Shown: positions 37,190-48,537, counted from the first letter of the stretch. The stretch is DNA of 64,000 nt from an uncultured Klebsiella sp. (GCA_964538025.1 CAZICZ010000011.1:41669-105668); one strand, 5' to 3'. Notes: generated by a model from the sequence alone, not told the origin. Numbers and translations are program-made.

Positions 37190-40000
37190 TTATTGACCGG
37201 ATTGCGCTTTTTGGGCTTCTTCCAGCAAGCGTCGGCGCTTGATCTCGCGCGGATCGTTCGGCGCACGACCGGCCAGGGCGGGAATCTCCGGAGCCGCAAC
37301 AGGCGCGGGTGCTTCTGTCTCAACTGACTTTTCCTCGACAGGGGCAGTCGTCTCGCTCAGCACTTGTGCAGCGACTTCGGCAACTTCTTCGGAGTGAATA
37401 TCCGTTTCTGCAGCGCTGTTGTCTGCGATGACGGGCGCAGCGATGTCGTCTGCCGCATCTGACTCCGGCGCCGTGCTGTCGATGACGACTGCCGATGCGT
37501 CAGTCACCTCTGTCGCGGGGACCTCCACGTCAGCGGACGGAGTATCGATTCCTGCGGTTTCCGCCGGCGCGGCTGCGGACACTTCTTCCGTCCCGGATGT
37601 CACGGAGGCGTCGGTCGCAACATCACCGCCTTCGCCTTCCGTTGCTGCCGCGTGACGATTGCGTGAGCGGCGACGATCAGAAGGACGACGGTTGCGTCGT
37701 GAGCGGGGAGCCGCGTCAGCGCCTACGGCGTCACTGTTGTCGGTGTCAGCGGAGATGACGTCGTCGGCAGCGACAATTGGTTCGGCCGGATCAAACTCGC
37801 GGGACGCGGGAACCTGATCGGCTTCCTGCGCAACGTCCGTCTCCATCTCGGGCGCATCCGGCAATCCTGTTTCGTCGGTCACTGCGCCTGCCAGTTGCTC
37901 GTCGGGACGTGGTCCACGGCGACGCTGATTGGTGTTGCGTGGACGACGGTTGCCGCTGCGTCGCTGCGCTGAGCGCGCCTCGTCGCCAGTGGCCTGATCG
38001 ACGCCTTCTTCCGCGCGCACGTCCTCAGTTCTCTCCGGGCGTGCTTCCCGCTTGTCATCACGACGCGGACCGCGTTCGTCGCGATTGCCGCCTTCGCCAT
38101 TGCGCCCGCGGCCGCCGCGCTTGCGTCCCTGACCGGGTTCACGCGCTGGCGCTGCGCCATCCGCTGCGGGCTCTGCCTTCACATCGCTGCGGGCTTCCTG
38201 ATCTCGTCGCTGGGGCGAACGGCCGCCGCGGCGCTGATCGCGCTCACGACGGGGATCGCGGCCGCGTCCATTGTTGCCGCGCGCGTCGCGTGCGGGCTTC
38301 TTCTGTTCTTCTTCCTCGTCAGAACCGAGCAGCCAGCCGAACAGCGAGGCAAACAGGCCCTTTTTCTTGGCAGGTGCCGGTGCAGGCGCCGGTGCTGGAG
38401 GCTGGGACAGGGTAGGGGCCTGAACCGCAGCCTGCTGAGGCACCGGTGCGGGCTTGCTATGACGGTGATTGTGTTCCTGCGCATCGGCGTGAATTTCAAT
38501 CTCGTAGCTGGCAAGTGCTGTGCCGTCAGTGCCCGTTACGCCTTGAATTTCATAATGCGGTGTTTCCAGTTCGGCATTGGCAACAATGACCAGCTTGGTG
38601 CCGCTTTGAGCCTCGATGGCAGTGACGGCAGCACGCTTCTCATTGAGCAGATAGGACGCCACGGCAATAGGCACCAGTGCGCGCACTTCGGTGCTGCGAC
38701 GCTTGTTGGCTTCTTCCTGCAGGATGCGCAGGATCGAGAGCGACTGGGACTTCACGTCACGGATGGCGCCCTGGCCACTGCATCGGGGGCATACGATCGA
38801 GCTGGTTTCTTCCAGCGAGGGACGCAGACGCTGACGGGACATTTCGAGCAGACCGAAGCGGGAGATGCGTCCCACCTGCACACGGGCGCGGTCCGCTTCG
38901 AGTGCGTCACGCATTCTGTTTTCAACTTCCTTCTGGTTGCGCGCGGAACTCATGTCGATGAAGTCGATGACGATCAGCCCGCCCATGTCGCGCAGGCGCA
39001 ATTGGCGAGCGATCTCATCGGCGGCTTCCAGGTTGGTGTTCAGTGCCGTTTCTTCGATGTCGCACCCGCGGGTTGCGCGCGAGGAGTTGATGTCGATGGA
39101 CACCAGCGCTTCGGTCGGGTCGATCACGATGGAGCCCCCGGAAGGCAGTTTCACTTCGCGCTGGAAGGCGGTCTCGATCTGACCTTCGATCTGATAGCGG
39201 TTAAACAGGGGCAGCGTCTCCTGATACAGGCGGATGCGGCTCTCGTAGTGTGGCATGACCTGACGGACGAAGTTCAGGGCTTCATCGTAGGATTCCTGCG
39301 TGTCCAGCAGCACTTCTCCGATGTCCTGGCGCAGGTAGTCGCGGATGGTGCGGATAATCACATTGCTTTCCTGATAGATCAGGAAGGGCGCAGCCTTTTG
39401 AGCCGACGCTTCGGTGATGGACTGCCATAGGGAGAGCAGGTAATCGAGGTCCCACTGCAGTTCTTCCTGCTGTTTGCCCACACCGGCGGTGCGCACGATC
39501 ATGCCCATGCCATCGGGAATTTCCAAACCGCTCAGGGCTTCGCGGATTTCGGAGCGGTCATCGCCCTCGATGCGGCGGGAGATGCCCCCGGCGCGCGGGT
39601 TATTCGGCATCAGCACCAGATAGCGTCCCGCGAGGCTGATGAATGTGGTCAGGGCAGCGCCTTTGTTGCCACGCTCTTCTTTCTCCACCTGGACGATAAC
39701 TTCAGTGCCTTCGGCGACGACTTCCTTGATGTTGACGCGACCGCCTTCGCCACCGCCTTTCTTGGTGAAGTACTGGGGAGAGATTTCCTTGAGGGGAAGG
39801 AAGCCGTGACGCTCAGCGCCGAAGTCGACGAAGGCCGCTTCGAGGCTGGGTTCTACGCGGGTGATACGACCCTTGTAGATGCTGGCTTTTTTCTGGATTC
39901 TGGAGCGGTTTTCGATATCGAGGTCGTAAAGACGCTGACCGTCGACGAGGGCGACACGCAACTCTTCTTCTTGAGTTGCATTGATTAACATTCTCTTCAT
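37190..40000 (-). CDS. rne: ribonuclease E
   Basis: N-terminal S1/catalytic half ([30 protein letters not shown]...) and a long Arg-rich/acidic low-complexity C-terminal scaffold. 936 aa. Confidence 0.97.
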   Translation of the reverse strand: MKRMLINATQEEELRVALVDGQRLYDLDIENRSRIQKKASIYKGRITRVEPSLEAAFVDFGAERHGFLPLKEISPQYFTKKGGGEGGRVNIKEVVAEGTEVIVQVEKEERGNKGAALTTFISLAGRYLVLMPNNPRAGGISRRIEGDDRSEIREALSGLEIPDGMGMIVRTAGVGKQQEELQWDLDYLLSLWQSITEASAQKAAPFLIYQESNVIIRTIRDYLRQDIGEVLLDTQESYDEALNFVRQVMPHYESRIRLYQETLPLFNRYQIEGQIETAFQREVKLPSGGSIVIDPTEALVSIDINSSRATRGCDIEETALNTNLEAADEIARQLRLRDMGGLIVIDFIDMSSARNQKEVENRMRDALEADRARVQVGRISRFGLLEMSRQRLRPSLEETSSIVCPRCSGQGAIRDVKSQSLSILRILQEEANKRRSTEVRALVPIAVASYLLNEKRAAVTAIEAQSGTKLVIVANAELETPHYEIQGVTGTDGTALASYEIEIHADAQEHNHRHSKPAPVPQQAAVQAPTLSQPPAPAPAPAPAKKKGLFASLFGWLLGSDEEEEQKKPARDARGNNGRGRDPRRERDQRRGGRSPQRRDQEARSDVKAEPAADGAAPAREPGQGRKRGGRGRNGEGGNRDERGPRRDDKREARPERTEDVRAEEGVDQATGDEARSAQRRSGNRRPRNTNQRRRGPRPDEQLAGAVTDETGLPDAPEMETDVAQEADQVPASREFDPAEPIVAADDVISADTDNSDAVGADAAPRSRRNRRPSDRRRSRNRHAAATEGEGGDVATDASVTSGTEEVSAAAPAETAGIDTPSADVEVPATEVTDASAVVIDSTAPESDAADDIAAPVIADNSAAETDIHSEEVAEVAAQVLSETTAPVEEKSVETEAPAPVAAPEIPALAGRAPNDPREIKRRRLLEEAQKAQSGQ

Positions 40001-40680
40001 GGTGGTTCACTTTTCCTTAATGCCAGAAACGTGAACCCGGGAAATATCAAACCTGCGGGCAGAAACTTACTGAAAGCGGATTAGCCTTCTTTTGGAAAGA
40101 ACCATGGTGACTTGAAACGCTCATCGTTACCTCTGGTGATCCGGAAACTGAAAATCCGATACTCAAAATCTTTGACTTGTTTCTTCACGCAGCGGCGCTG
40201 CGTTGCGCTGGCAGTGGATGGCACATGGCCCGGCACTGCTGGACAGTCGATTCGTGTAAATCTGCTCTTGGTCAGTGCCGCTCACTAAAACAGTGGCCTT
40301 GCAGTGACTTTTTTGTTCGATACGACCCGAGTTCATCTGGCTGTATTGACGATCTTTCGCGACGGCGGGTGAGGCTGTCGCTCCGTAGGGTTTCAACACC
40401 AGTACCCGGTGCTTCTCATTGCTAGTCTTTCTGATAATTCCTATCTGTGACCGCTTCCTGTCGGGTTACGGGCACGGCTTCCACCTGCGGCTCTCGTGAC
40501 GGTCAATCGTCCTGGCCTGCGGGTGATTTCTGTCTGGGTTCGAACTGCGCGCTTCTTACCAGGGCGCAGTGATCACCGGAGCCCGTCTGCCCTTTGCTGT
40601 GGTTGAAACGGGGGCATTCGGTCAGAAAATCTCAACGTCGGTGTGCTTGGCGGTAACTTTCGCCGCGACGTTCATTAAGG
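40001..40680 (-). promoter_or_regulatory. putative long structured 5-prime leader of rne
   Basis: No credible ORF lies in this span. Several GC-rich hairpins are present, for example ACTGCGC...GCGCAGT near 40543-40570. In E. coli the rne transcript has a long autoregulatory leader. The extent given here is inferred from the promoter candidate at 40688-40716. Confidence 0.4.
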
Positions 40681-40687
40681 CCCGCGA

Positions 40688-40716
40688 AATATAGCAGCAA
40701 ATACTTTTTAATTCAA
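40688..40716 (-). promoter_or_regulatory. candidate sigma70 promoter on the minus strand (rne or an unannotated RNA)
   Basis: The minus strand reads TTGAAT, a 17-nt spacer, then TATATT. Confidence 0.3.
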
Positions 40717-40908
40717 ACACCTGGCGAAAATTGTGAGCTGGTTCAGGGGATTAGCGGAGCACTCCGACTATGCTGTGCGCAGCCAGCCGATCCCGCCCGT
40801 CCTTCGGGCGACAGACAGAAGGCGGAGGTGTCACTTCTTGCTCGTGCCAACCCGAGGGGAGTAGACTCCCGTCATGGCGTGGCATTGCACAAGCAGAGGC
40901 ACAACTCT

Positions 40909-41592
40909 ATGGCGCATTACCTCTATCTCAGAACTTCCGAATACGAACTCAGCGGGCAGGAGAGTGCAGGCCAGCCCTCACTCGACGCCCAGCTGGAACA
41001 GGAGCAATTGGCCTTGCGCGCCCTGTGTGCGGCCCGCAACTGGGTGCTTGCCGATTTCATTGTCGATCACGCCACCCACTGGAATGCCGATTTCGCAGAT
41101 CGTGAGCAGGCCAGTGCCCTGCTGGCACGCCTGCGTCACGGCGACACTGTGCTGGTGTACTCGCTGGAGCGGGTGTTTAGCTCCTGTTATGATGCCAGCG
41201 CCATGATCGAGCGCTTTCGTGATCTCGGCATTGCCCTGTACGTGGCGGATCTGGCAGGGGATGTCACTGAGTCTGGGTTCGTGCTCGACATGGTGACGGC
41301 GGCGCGGCTTTTTGCGGGCCTGGAGCGGCGCCGGTCGGTGGAGCGCATCAAGAATGTGAAGCGCTCACAGCGCAGCAAGGGCCGTTATCTGGGGGGCAGC
41401 CGTCCCTTCGGCTACATGATTCATTCGAATGGCCGGCTGATTGAAAACCCCCTGGAGCAGAAAGTGCTGAAACGAATCTTACAGCTGCGGGACCAGGGTA
41501 GGTCGCTGCGTGCTATCGCCGCGGAAGTCAGTACCCCCGTTGCGCCCGTCAGCTTCAAAACCGTGCAAAGGATTCTGCAGCGTCATGTTTAA
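40909..41592 (+). CDS. serine-recombinase (resolvase/invertase)-like protein with C-terminal HTH
   Basis: The start MAHYLYLRTSEY... parallels the Y-x-R-x-S nucleophile motif. SLDAQ, GDTVLVYSLERVFSS and AGLERRRSVERIK parallel resolvase catalytic-domain blocks. The C-terminal RSLRAIAAEV...FKTVQRIL is HTH-like. The stop overlaps the lolC start. Confidence 0.72.
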   Translation: MAHYLYLRTSEYELSGQESAGQPSLDAQLEQEQLALRALCAARNWVLADFIVDHATHWNADFADREQASALLARLRHGDTVLVYSLERVFSSCYDASAMIERFRDLGIALYVADLAGDVTESGFVLDMVTAARLFAGLERRRSVERIKNVKRSQRSKGRYLGGSRPFGYMIHSNGRLIENPLEQKVLKRILQLRDQGRSLRAIAAEVSTPVAPVSFKTVQRILQRHV

Positions 41593-42841
41593 ACCTGTCG
41601 CCCTCTTCATTGGCCTGCGCTATACCCGCACTCGCAAGAAGAGCCAGATCATTTCCTTTGTGTCCGTTATTTCCACCCTCGGCATAACCATCGGTGTGTT
41701 GGCCTTGATCGTTGTGTTGTCGGTCATCAACGGGTCCACCTCCACCATGCGGGATGAGTCCCTCAAATCCGTGCCCCATGCCAGCCTTGAGGCGAGCGAT
41801 GGCTTGCCCGACTGGGCACAACTGCGTGGGGCGGTGGTGGACCACGAGGGCATCCTCGGCGTGGCACCCTATGTGGAAGGCGAAGCCTGGCTGCGAGTGG
41901 ACGGTGCAGCGGAATTCGTGCAAGTCAGGGGGGTAGAGCCCGGGCTTGAATCCCAGGTGCTACAGGTGGAGAGTCCGGGCTTTGAGGCCTTGCTGCAGAC
42001 GCTGGGGCAGCGGGAGAACGGCATCATCCTCGGCCTCAGTCTGGCCAACCGGCTGGGCGTGTATCTGGATGACGAAGTGACCCTGATGTCGCTGAACAGC
42101 TTGGTAAACCGTGAGCTGGACGCCGTCATGCGCTTTCAGGTCATCGGGGCTGCGGATTTCGGGTTTTATGGCAACGGCAACACGATCATGGTGTCGCTGG
42201 AGTCCGCCAGGACCCTGTTTGGTCAGACGCCCCCCGGGCAGGACGTTCGTCTGCGCCTGCGGGTAGACGATGTGTTCAATGCGGGCACTATCGCCCGCGA
42301 AGCGCTGGAGGCCGTGCCTGATGCGGCGCTGACCCGGCAGGTCAGTAGCTCCAGCTGGAGCGAGACTCAAAGCAGTCTGTTCGACGCCCTACGGCTTGAA
42401 AAGACGCTGACGGGCTTCATGCTGTTGATGATCGTGGTGATCGGCGCCGTCAATATTGTGTCCACGCTGGTCATGGTGGTGGCCGACAAGAGCGCCGACA
42501 TTGCCATTCTGCGCACCATGGGGGCGAGCCGGGGCACCATCATGAGCATCTTTGTCACGCAGGGCACCACCGTGGGCGTGATGGGCACGGCACTGGGGAC
42601 CGTGCTGGGAGTCGTGGTGTCCTTGAATCTGGGGGCGATCACCCACGGCATCGAAACGGCGCTGAACACCGCGTTTTCTCCGGCCAATGTCTACATGATT
42701 TCGTATTTGAGGGCGGAGCTGCATCGCGAGGACGTGGTGCTGGTGTGCGTGAGTGCCCTCGCGGTCAGTTTCCTCGCGACCCTGTATCCGGCCTACCGGG
42801 CCACCCGCATCCAGCCCGCCGAAGTTCTGAGGTATGAATAG
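41585..42841 (+). CDS. lolC: lipoprotein-releasing system permease LolC
   Basis: I chose the start at ATG 41585 ([15 protein letters not shown], the canonical LolC/E N-terminus). It has a MacB-like periplasmic domain and a C-terminal FtsX domain. Confidence 0.9.
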   Translation: MFKPVALFIGLRYTRTRKKSQIISFVSVISTLGITIGVLALIVVLSVINGSTSTMRDESLKSVPHASLEASDGLPDWAQLRGAVVDHEGILGVAPYVEGEAWLRVDGAAEFVQVRGVEPGLESQVLQVESPGFEALLQTLGQRENGIILGLSLANRLGVYLDDEVTLMSLNSLVNRELDAVMRFQVIGAADFGFYGNGNTIMVSLESARTLFGQTPPGQDVRLRLRVDDVFNAGTIAREALEAVPDAALTRQVSSSSWSETQSSLFDALRLEKTLTGFMLLMIVVIGAVNIVSTLVMVVADKSADIAILRTMGASRGTIMSIFVTQGTTVGVMGTALGTVLGVVVSLNLGAITHGIETALNTAFSPANVYMISYLRAELHREDVVLVCVSALAVSFLATLYPAYRATRIQPAEVLRYE

Positions 42842-42843
42842 CC

Positions 42844-43620
42844 ATGACTGATTCCTCGCCGACCGTCCAGATTGTCTCGCCCTTCATGCAGGAACCCGAG
42901 GTCATGCTGGAGTGTGTGGACCTGTGCAAGGTGTATTCGGAAGGGCCGGCGGAAGTGCAGGTACTCTCGGGGCTCAACCTGCGCGTCTATGCCGGCGAGC
43001 GCGTCGCCATCGTCGGAGCGTCCGGCTCGGGCAAAACCACCCTGCTGAATCTGCTGGGAGGCCTCGACTTGCCCACTTCGGGCTCCGTCATGATTGCCGG
43101 CATGAATCTGGCAAACCTGGACGAAACCCAGCGTGGTCAGATGCGCAATCGCAATCTGGGCTTTGTGTACCAGTTCCACCACCTGCTGGGGGAGTTCACC
43201 GCACTGGAAAACGTGTGCATGCCTTTGCTGATCGCAGGCACCGACGTCGCGCGCGCCTCGCAGCGGGGCGCCGCGATGCTGGAGCGCGTCGGCCTCGGCC
43301 ACCGGCTGCAGCATAAGCCATCTGAACTCTCTGGCGGCGAACGTCAGCGCGTGGCCATTGCCCGGGCGCTAGTGACCGAACCGCGCTGTGTGCTGCTGGA
43401 TGAGCCCACCGGCAATCTTGATCGCCACACCGCCAAAGAGATCCACCTGCTGATGGCCGAACTGAACGCGCAGCTCGATACCAGTTTTATCGTCGTCACC
43501 CACGACGACGCCTTTGCCCGCTCCCTCGATCGGGTGTTGCAACTGCGCAACGGCACCCTTGAGCCGCTGGAAGCGTCACATGAGGCCGTGCTGCAGGAAG
43601 AGGCCTCGCATGAACTCTGA
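42844..43620 (+). CDS. lolD: lipoprotein-releasing system ATP-binding protein LolD
   Basis: Walker [13 protein letters not shown] signature [15 protein letters not shown] and Walker B VLLDEPTG. The true start may be a later in-frame Met. Confidence 0.92.
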   Translation: MTDSSPTVQIVSPFMQEPEVMLECVDLCKVYSEGPAEVQVLSGLNLRVYAGERVAIVGASGSGKTTLLNLLGGLDLPTSGSVMIAGMNLANLDETQRGQMRNRNLGFVYQFHHLLGEFTALENVCMPLLIAGTDVARASQRGAAMLERVGLGHRLQHKPSELSGGERQRVAIARALVTEPRCVLLDEPTGNLDRHTAKEIHLLMAELNAQLDTSFIVVTHDDAFARSLDRVLQLRNGTLEPLEASHEAVLQEEASHEL

Positions 43621-44902
43621 TCCCACTCGCGGCCGCACACTCGCCCCGTTTGCCGAAAGCGCCTTCGCCCTGTATGTGGCGCTGCGCTACGTCAGCGTGG
43701 GCAGACGTAGCCAGCTGGTCTCCTTTATGTCACTGCTCAGCATCAGTGGGCTGGCACTCGGGATTTCCATTCTGATCACCGTGCTCTCGGTGATGAACGG
43801 CTTTGATCGCGAGGTGCGAGAGAACATTCTCGGCATCATCCCCCATGGCACCATCAAGGCTGGCGAACGGGTCCCGGCCGAGCGCTGGGAGACGGTGCAG
43901 GCCCTGCTGGCGCAGACGCCGGAGGTGGTGGCGACGGCCCCGCTGGTGGAGGCACAGGGGGTGCTCGCCGTCCCCGGGTTTGCCAAAGCCGTGGTGGTCA
44001 ACGGCGTCGATCCGGCGCGGGAAGGAGAGATTTCCATCCTGGACCGCTTCATGATCGCGGGTGGGCTTGACGGGCTATCCGAGGGCCGCTTCCGCATCCT
44101 GCTGGGCGCAACGCTCGCCGAGAATCTGGGCGTTGGGCTCGGCGACGCGGTGACGCTGTATTCGCTGAACGTGTCGGTCAATCCACTGGTGGCCTTGCCG
44201 ACGCAACGCCAGTTTACGGTGGCCGGCATTTACAAGGTCGGCACGCTGGAACTGGACAGCGCGCTGGCGATGATTTCGCTGCAGGACGCACAGGCGCTCT
44301 ACCGCTATCGCGATACCTATACCGGCATCCGCTTCAAGGTTGAAAATCTGCTCGAGGTCTGGCGCCCGGCGGTGGCCTTGGGGACCGAGCTGCCGCCTGA
44401 ATTTGAGGTGGAAACCTGGACCTCACTTTTCGGCAATATCTACCAGAATATCCAGTTCTCCCGCACCATCGTGGGCTTCCTGCTGTGGCTTCTCGTGGGC
44501 GTCGCCGCATTCAATCTGGTCGTGACGCTCATCATGATCGTGCGCGACAAGCGGGGTGACATCGCCATTCTGCGCACCATCGGTGCCAGCCCTGCGCTGA
44601 TCGGCCGCATCTTTCTCACCCAGGGCTGTATCGTGGGCCTGATCGGCACGCTCATCGGCGTGCTGCTCGGCATCGTGTTTTCTCTGACGGTCGGGGATTT
44701 TGCCGCCATGCTGGAGCGAGTCTTCGACCTGACGCTGCTCAGTGCCGACGTGTACCCGGTCGATTTCCTGCCCTCGCAGATCCGGGTCGCGGACATCGTC
44801 GGCGTCAGTCTGGGCGTGTTTGTCCTGTCCGTGCTGGCGACGCTTTACCCCGCCTATCGCGCCTCTCGCGTGCACCCCGCCGAGGCTCTGCGCTTCGAAT
44901 AA
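43610..44902 (+). CDS. lolE: lipoprotein-releasing system permease LolE
   Basis: I chose the start at ATG 43610 (MNSDPTRG...[10 protein letters not shown]), which overlaps lolD by 11 nt. Its architecture is paralogous to LolC. Confidence 0.9.
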   Translation: MNSDPTRGRTLAPFAESAFALYVALRYVSVGRRSQLVSFMSLLSISGLALGISILITVLSVMNGFDREVRENILGIIPHGTIKAGERVPAERWETVQALLAQTPEVVATAPLVEAQGVLAVPGFAKAVVVNGVDPAREGEISILDRFMIAGGLDGLSEGRFRILLGATLAENLGVGLGDAVTLYSLNVSVNPLVALPTQRQFTVAGIYKVGTLELDSALAMISLQDAQALYRYRDTYTGIRFKVENLLEVWRPAVALGTELPPEFEVETWTSLFGNIYQNIQFSRTIVGFLLWLLVGVAAFNLVVTLIMIVRDKRGDIAILRTIGASPALIGRIFLTQGCIVGLIGTLIGVLLGIVFSLTVGDFAAMLERVFDLTLLSADVYPVDFLPSQIRVADIVGVSLGVFVLSVLATLYPAYRASRVHPAEALRFE

Positions 44903-44956
44903 ACCGCCTTCGTCCGGCCTGCCTATACTCAGCGTAGCGGAGAAGGAGGCCCTGCC

Positions 44957-47368
44957 ATGCGCTCACGGATGATCGCGTTCTGCCTTGCCCTCATGGGGGC
45001 TGTCTGGCTGCCGCCCTTGCCGCCGATTCCTGTTCACGTTTGGGTTTGGATTGCGTTGCCCGCGCTGGCGGGGCTGCGCAGCCGGCTGTTGCCTGTGGCA
45101 CTGATTGCCGCCTGCGGTCTCGGGGTGGGATGGGGGCTGGCAACGGTGCAGCACCGGGTCGCCGCCTTGCTGCCTGCCGCGCTCGAAGGGCAGGATCTGT
45201 GGGTCTGGGGAACGGTGCAAGGACTGCCCCGGCGTACGGGGCGGGCGCAACAGATGGTGTTGGCTGTTCAGAACAGTTGCACACGCATTCTGCCGCAGGA
45301 GTGCGTCGAAACGGACAAGGGCTTTGCCCCGCGCCACATCCTGCTGAACTATTACGGTGAGGCTGATCTGACGCCGGGCCAGCGCTGGCGATGGCGCGTG
45401 CGCCTCACCCGTCCCCGCGGATTCTCGAACCCCGGCGGCTTCGATTACGAGGCGTGGTTGATGATGCAGGGCATCAGCGCGCGGGGCTATGTGCGCGACA
45501 CCTCCTTCAATGAGTCACTCGGTCCTCCTCGTCTGAGCCTCGATACTCTGCGCTATTCCCTGCGACAAGCGCTCGATCCCTTGCTTGCCCCGCTGCACAG
45601 CGGGCCCATCCTGCTGGCGCTGATCCTTGGCGAGCGTGACCAGATCAGTGCGGCGCAGTGGTCGCTGTTCAGCGCGACCGGGACAACCCACCTGATCGTG
45701 ATCTCCGGCCTCCACGTCGGCTTGATGGCGGGCGTTGCCTATTGGGTCGTTGCGTTGCTGGTTCGTCTATGGCCGCCCCTGTTGTTGCACATGCCCGCGC
45801 AGAAGTGCGGTGCGCTCGCTGCCATCCTCGCGGCCCTTGGCTACAGCCTCCTCGCAGGCTTCTCACTGCCCACCCAGCGGGCGCTGATCATGGTGGTGGC
45901 ATTCATGGGCTGCCGCCTTGCCGATGTGCGCGTACCGGTATCCCTGACCTACCTGCTGGCGATGAGCGTCGTGCTGGCGATCTCCCCGCTCAGTGTGCTC
46001 GGAGCAGGCTTCTGGCTGAGTTTCGGCGCCGTTGGCAGCTTGCTGCTGGCGCTTGCCGGGCAACAGGTCTTGCGGAGTGCGCTGCCACCCCAGTATGGGG
46101 GGCGTGTATGGCGTCGTGTTGTGCGCTGGCTCCGTCCGCAGGGGGTGGTGTTTGTTGGCATGATGCTGCCGCTCGTGCTCTGGACGCCCCAGGTGTCCCT
46201 GCTGTCGCCCGTCGTCAATCTGATTGCAATTCCGCTGGTCAGCGCTTTGGTGGTGCCGCCCAGTCTGCTGGCTGCTCTGTTGGTGACTGTCTTCCCCGCG
46301 GCGGCCGAGGTGCTTCTGCAGGGGGCGGATGCCGTGATGGCGGGCCTTATGCGGGGACTGACGCTACTGGTCCACCACGCTGGCGACGGGGCGCTGTGGC
46401 AGCCCGGGGGCTATTCTGCTCTGGCCGTGGTTCTGGCCGGGGTGGGGAGCCTCCTATTATTGCTGCCGCGGGGCTGGCCGGGGAGAGCGCGGGCACTCGT
46501 CTGTTTTTTTCCCCTGCTGTTTCCCAAGCCGGCGCATCGCGTGGACGGACAGGTGTCTCTGACGATTCTGGATGCCGGGCAGGGCTTGTCGATCGTTGTG
46601 CAGACTGCGTCCCACACGCTGGTGTATGACACCGGACCCGCCTTCAGCGAGAACTTCGACGCCGGGACAGGCATGGTCTTGCCCTTCCTGCGACAGCAGG
46701 GCATCCAGCAGCCCGACCTCATACTCGTCAGCCACGGGGACCGCGACCACAGCGGCGGGTTGGCGTCGCTGCGCGCTGTGATGACGAACGTTCCCCTCAG
46801 GGTGCAGATGCAGCCGCCTCTGCCGGAGGGCGCAATGCCTTGCACGCGCGGTCAGCACTGGGAATGGGAGGCGGTCCGGTTTGAGGTGCTCTGGCCGCCC
46901 GCGCAGGCGCCATACCGGGGCAATGACAGCTCCTGTGTGCTGCGCATTCGGGCGGGAGGGCACAGCATGTTGCTGACGGGCGATATTGAGCGACCGGCGG
47001 AAGAGGCGTTGCTCGCGCTGGAGGGGGACGCGCTGCGCAGCACGCTGCTCGTTGTGCCACATCATGGCAGCGCGACCTCCTCAAGCCCGGCCTTTCTCGC
47101 GGCTGTCCAGCCTCAGAGCGCCGTGTTCTCTGCCGGGTACCGCAGCCAGTTCGGGCACCCGGCCCCGGAAGTGGCCGCCCGATACGAGCGCCTGGAGATT
47201 GCCGTCTGGAACACGGCCCTTTCCGGTGCCTTGCAGGTGACGCTGGGGGAGGGGGTGACATTCAGCGGTGAACTGCTGGCGCATCGGGAGCAGTCCCGGC
47301 GGTTCTGGGATCTGCCTGCCACCGCCTCCTCGCGACGCCTGCACGGTGTCTGTGCGCAGCGCTGCTAG
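44957..47368 (+). CDS. comEC: DNA internalization-related competence protein ComEC/Rec2
   Basis: The core is multi-TM. The C-terminal metallo-beta-lactamase domain carries HGDRDHSGG. 803 aa. Confidence 0.9.
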   Translation: MRSRMIAFCLALMGAVWLPPLPPIPVHVWVWIALPALAGLRSRLLPVALIAACGLGVGWGLATVQHRVAALLPAALEGQDLWVWGTVQGLPRRTGRAQQMVLAVQNSCTRILPQECVETDKGFAPRHILLNYYGEADLTPGQRWRWRVRLTRPRGFSNPGGFDYEAWLMMQGISARGYVRDTSFNESLGPPRLSLDTLRYSLRQALDPLLAPLHSGPILLALILGERDQISAAQWSLFSATGTTHLIVISGLHVGLMAGVAYWVVALLVRLWPPLLLHMPAQKCGALAAILAALGYSLLAGFSLPTQRALIMVVAFMGCRLADVRVPVSLTYLLAMSVVLAISPLSVLGAGFWLSFGAVGSLLLALAGQQVLRSALPPQYGGRVWRRVVRWLRPQGVVFVGMMLPLVLWTPQVSLLSPVVNLIAIPLVSALVVPPSLLAALLVTVFPAAAEVLLQGADAVMAGLMRGLTLLVHHAGDGALWQPGGYSALAVVLAGVGSLLLLLPRGWPGRARALVCFFPLLFPKPAHRVDGQVSLTILDAGQGLSIVVQTASHTLVYDTGPAFSENFDAGTGMVLPFLRQQGIQQPDLILVSHGDRDHSGGLASLRAVMTNVPLRVQMQPPLPEGAMPCTRGQHWEWEAVRFEVLWPPAQAPYRGNDSSCVLRIRAGGHSMLLTGDIERPAEEALLALEGDALRSTLLVVPHHGSATSSSPAFLAAVQPQSAVFSAGYRSQFGHPAPEVAARYERLEIAVWNTALSGALQVTLGEGVTFSGELLAHREQSRRFWDLPATASSRRLHGVCAQRC

Positions 47369-47437
47369 CAATTCGTCGCTCACGGGGAGCAGGGCAGGTG
47401 TGCTAAAGTACCGGCGGTCTTTTTGGGAGGATTTTCA

Positions 47438-48073
47438 GTGGTTGAGATCGTCAAATCCGGTGGCTGGCTGATGTTGCCGATCATTCTGTGTTCCATTGTC
47501 GCTATCGCGATCATCATTGAACGTTTCTGGACCCTGAGCGCCAACCGCATCAATCCCCGCTACACCCTTGGTCAGGTCTGGACCTGGATCAAAAACAATG
47601 AACTCAACGTCGCCCGCCTGCGCGAGCTGCGCCTTTCCTCCCCCCTCGGGCAGATCCTTGCGGCCGGGCTGGTCAACTCCAAATACGGGCGTGCCGCCAT
47701 GACCGTCAGCATCGAGCAGGCCGCCAGCCTCGTCATCCATGACATGGAGCGCTACCTCAATACCCTGGGCATCATCGCCGCCATCACGCCCCTGCTCGGA
47801 TTGCTGGGCACCGTGTTCGGAATGATTGATGTGTTCACCGAAATCATGATTCAGGGCACTGGCAATGCCAATGCGCTGGCGGGCGGCATTTCCCAGGCGC
47901 TGATCACCACGGCCGCCGGGCTGTGCGTGGCGATTCCAACCTACATGTTTCACCGGCTGTTCATGCGCCGGGTGGATACGCTGGTGCTCAATCTGGAACA
48001 GGAATCCATCAAACTAGTCGACGCGTTGCACAGTGATCGCCGTGTCGAAGTCAAAGAGATTGGCAATCAGTGA
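47438..48073 (+). CDS. exbB: MotA/TolQ/ExbB-family proton channel protein
   Basis: I prefer GTG 47438 because of the GGAGG 7 nt upstream. It has three TM helices and the conserved C-terminal block ALITTAAGLCVAIP. Confidence 0.85.
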   Translation: MVEIVKSGGWLMLPIILCSIVAIAIIIERFWTLSANRINPRYTLGQVWTWIKNNELNVARLRELRLSSPLGQILAAGLVNSKYGRAAMTVSIEQAASLVIHDMERYLNTLGIIAAITPLLGLLGTVFGMIDVFTEIMIQGTGNANALAGGISQALITTAAGLCVAIPTYMFHRLFMRRVDTLVLNLEQESIKLVDALHSDRRVEVKEIGNQ

Positions 48074-48492
48074 AGTTTCCTCGCCGCATCCAGGAAGACC
48101 TGCAGATCAACCTGACCCCTTTGATCGACGTGGTGTTTCTGCTGCTGATTTTCTTCATGGTCTCCACCACCTTTACCCGCGAAACCCGCCTGGCCGTCAA
48201 TCTGCCCGAGGCCGATGGTGAGCCCGTGCAGGACAATCCCCGCAGCATCGAAATTTCCGTGAGCCAGAATGGCAGCTATGCCGTGGACGGACGTCCGCTG
48301 GTCAATGCCCAGTTGCAAACGCTGATGCGGGCACTGGAAGAAGTGACGGGAGGCGACCGGGACGTCGCACTGATCCTGATTGCCGATGCCGATGCGACGC
48401 ATCAATCGGTCGTCACCGCGATGGATGCCATCGGGCAGTCCGGTTTCAGCCGGCTGAGCATTGCGACTCGTAAACCGGAGGAGGAAAACTGA
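48070..48492 (+). CDS. exbD: ExbD/TolR-family biopolymer transport protein
   Basis: GTGA start/stop overlap with exbB. The N-terminal motif is INLTPLIDVVFLLLIFFMV. 140 aa. Confidence 0.85.
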   Translation: MKFPRRIQEDLQINLTPLIDVVFLLLIFFMVSTTFTRETRLAVNLPEADGEPVQDNPRSIEISVSQNGSYAVDGRPLVNAQLQTLMRALEEVTGGDRDVALILIADADATHQSVVTAMDAIGQSGFSRLSIATRKPEEEN

Positions 48493-48537
48493 CCCCGCGC
48501 CTCGCTTGAGGTGTCGGAGTGACAGTGAAAAAAAAGC

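Noticed and set aside
45658-46629. 323-aa alternative-frame plus-strand ORF inside comEC.
   Set aside because: It is on the same strand as comEC but out of frame. The sequence is Arg/Ala/Gly/Pro-rich and low in complexity. The comEC frame gives coherent TM helices and a metallo-beta-lactamase motif.
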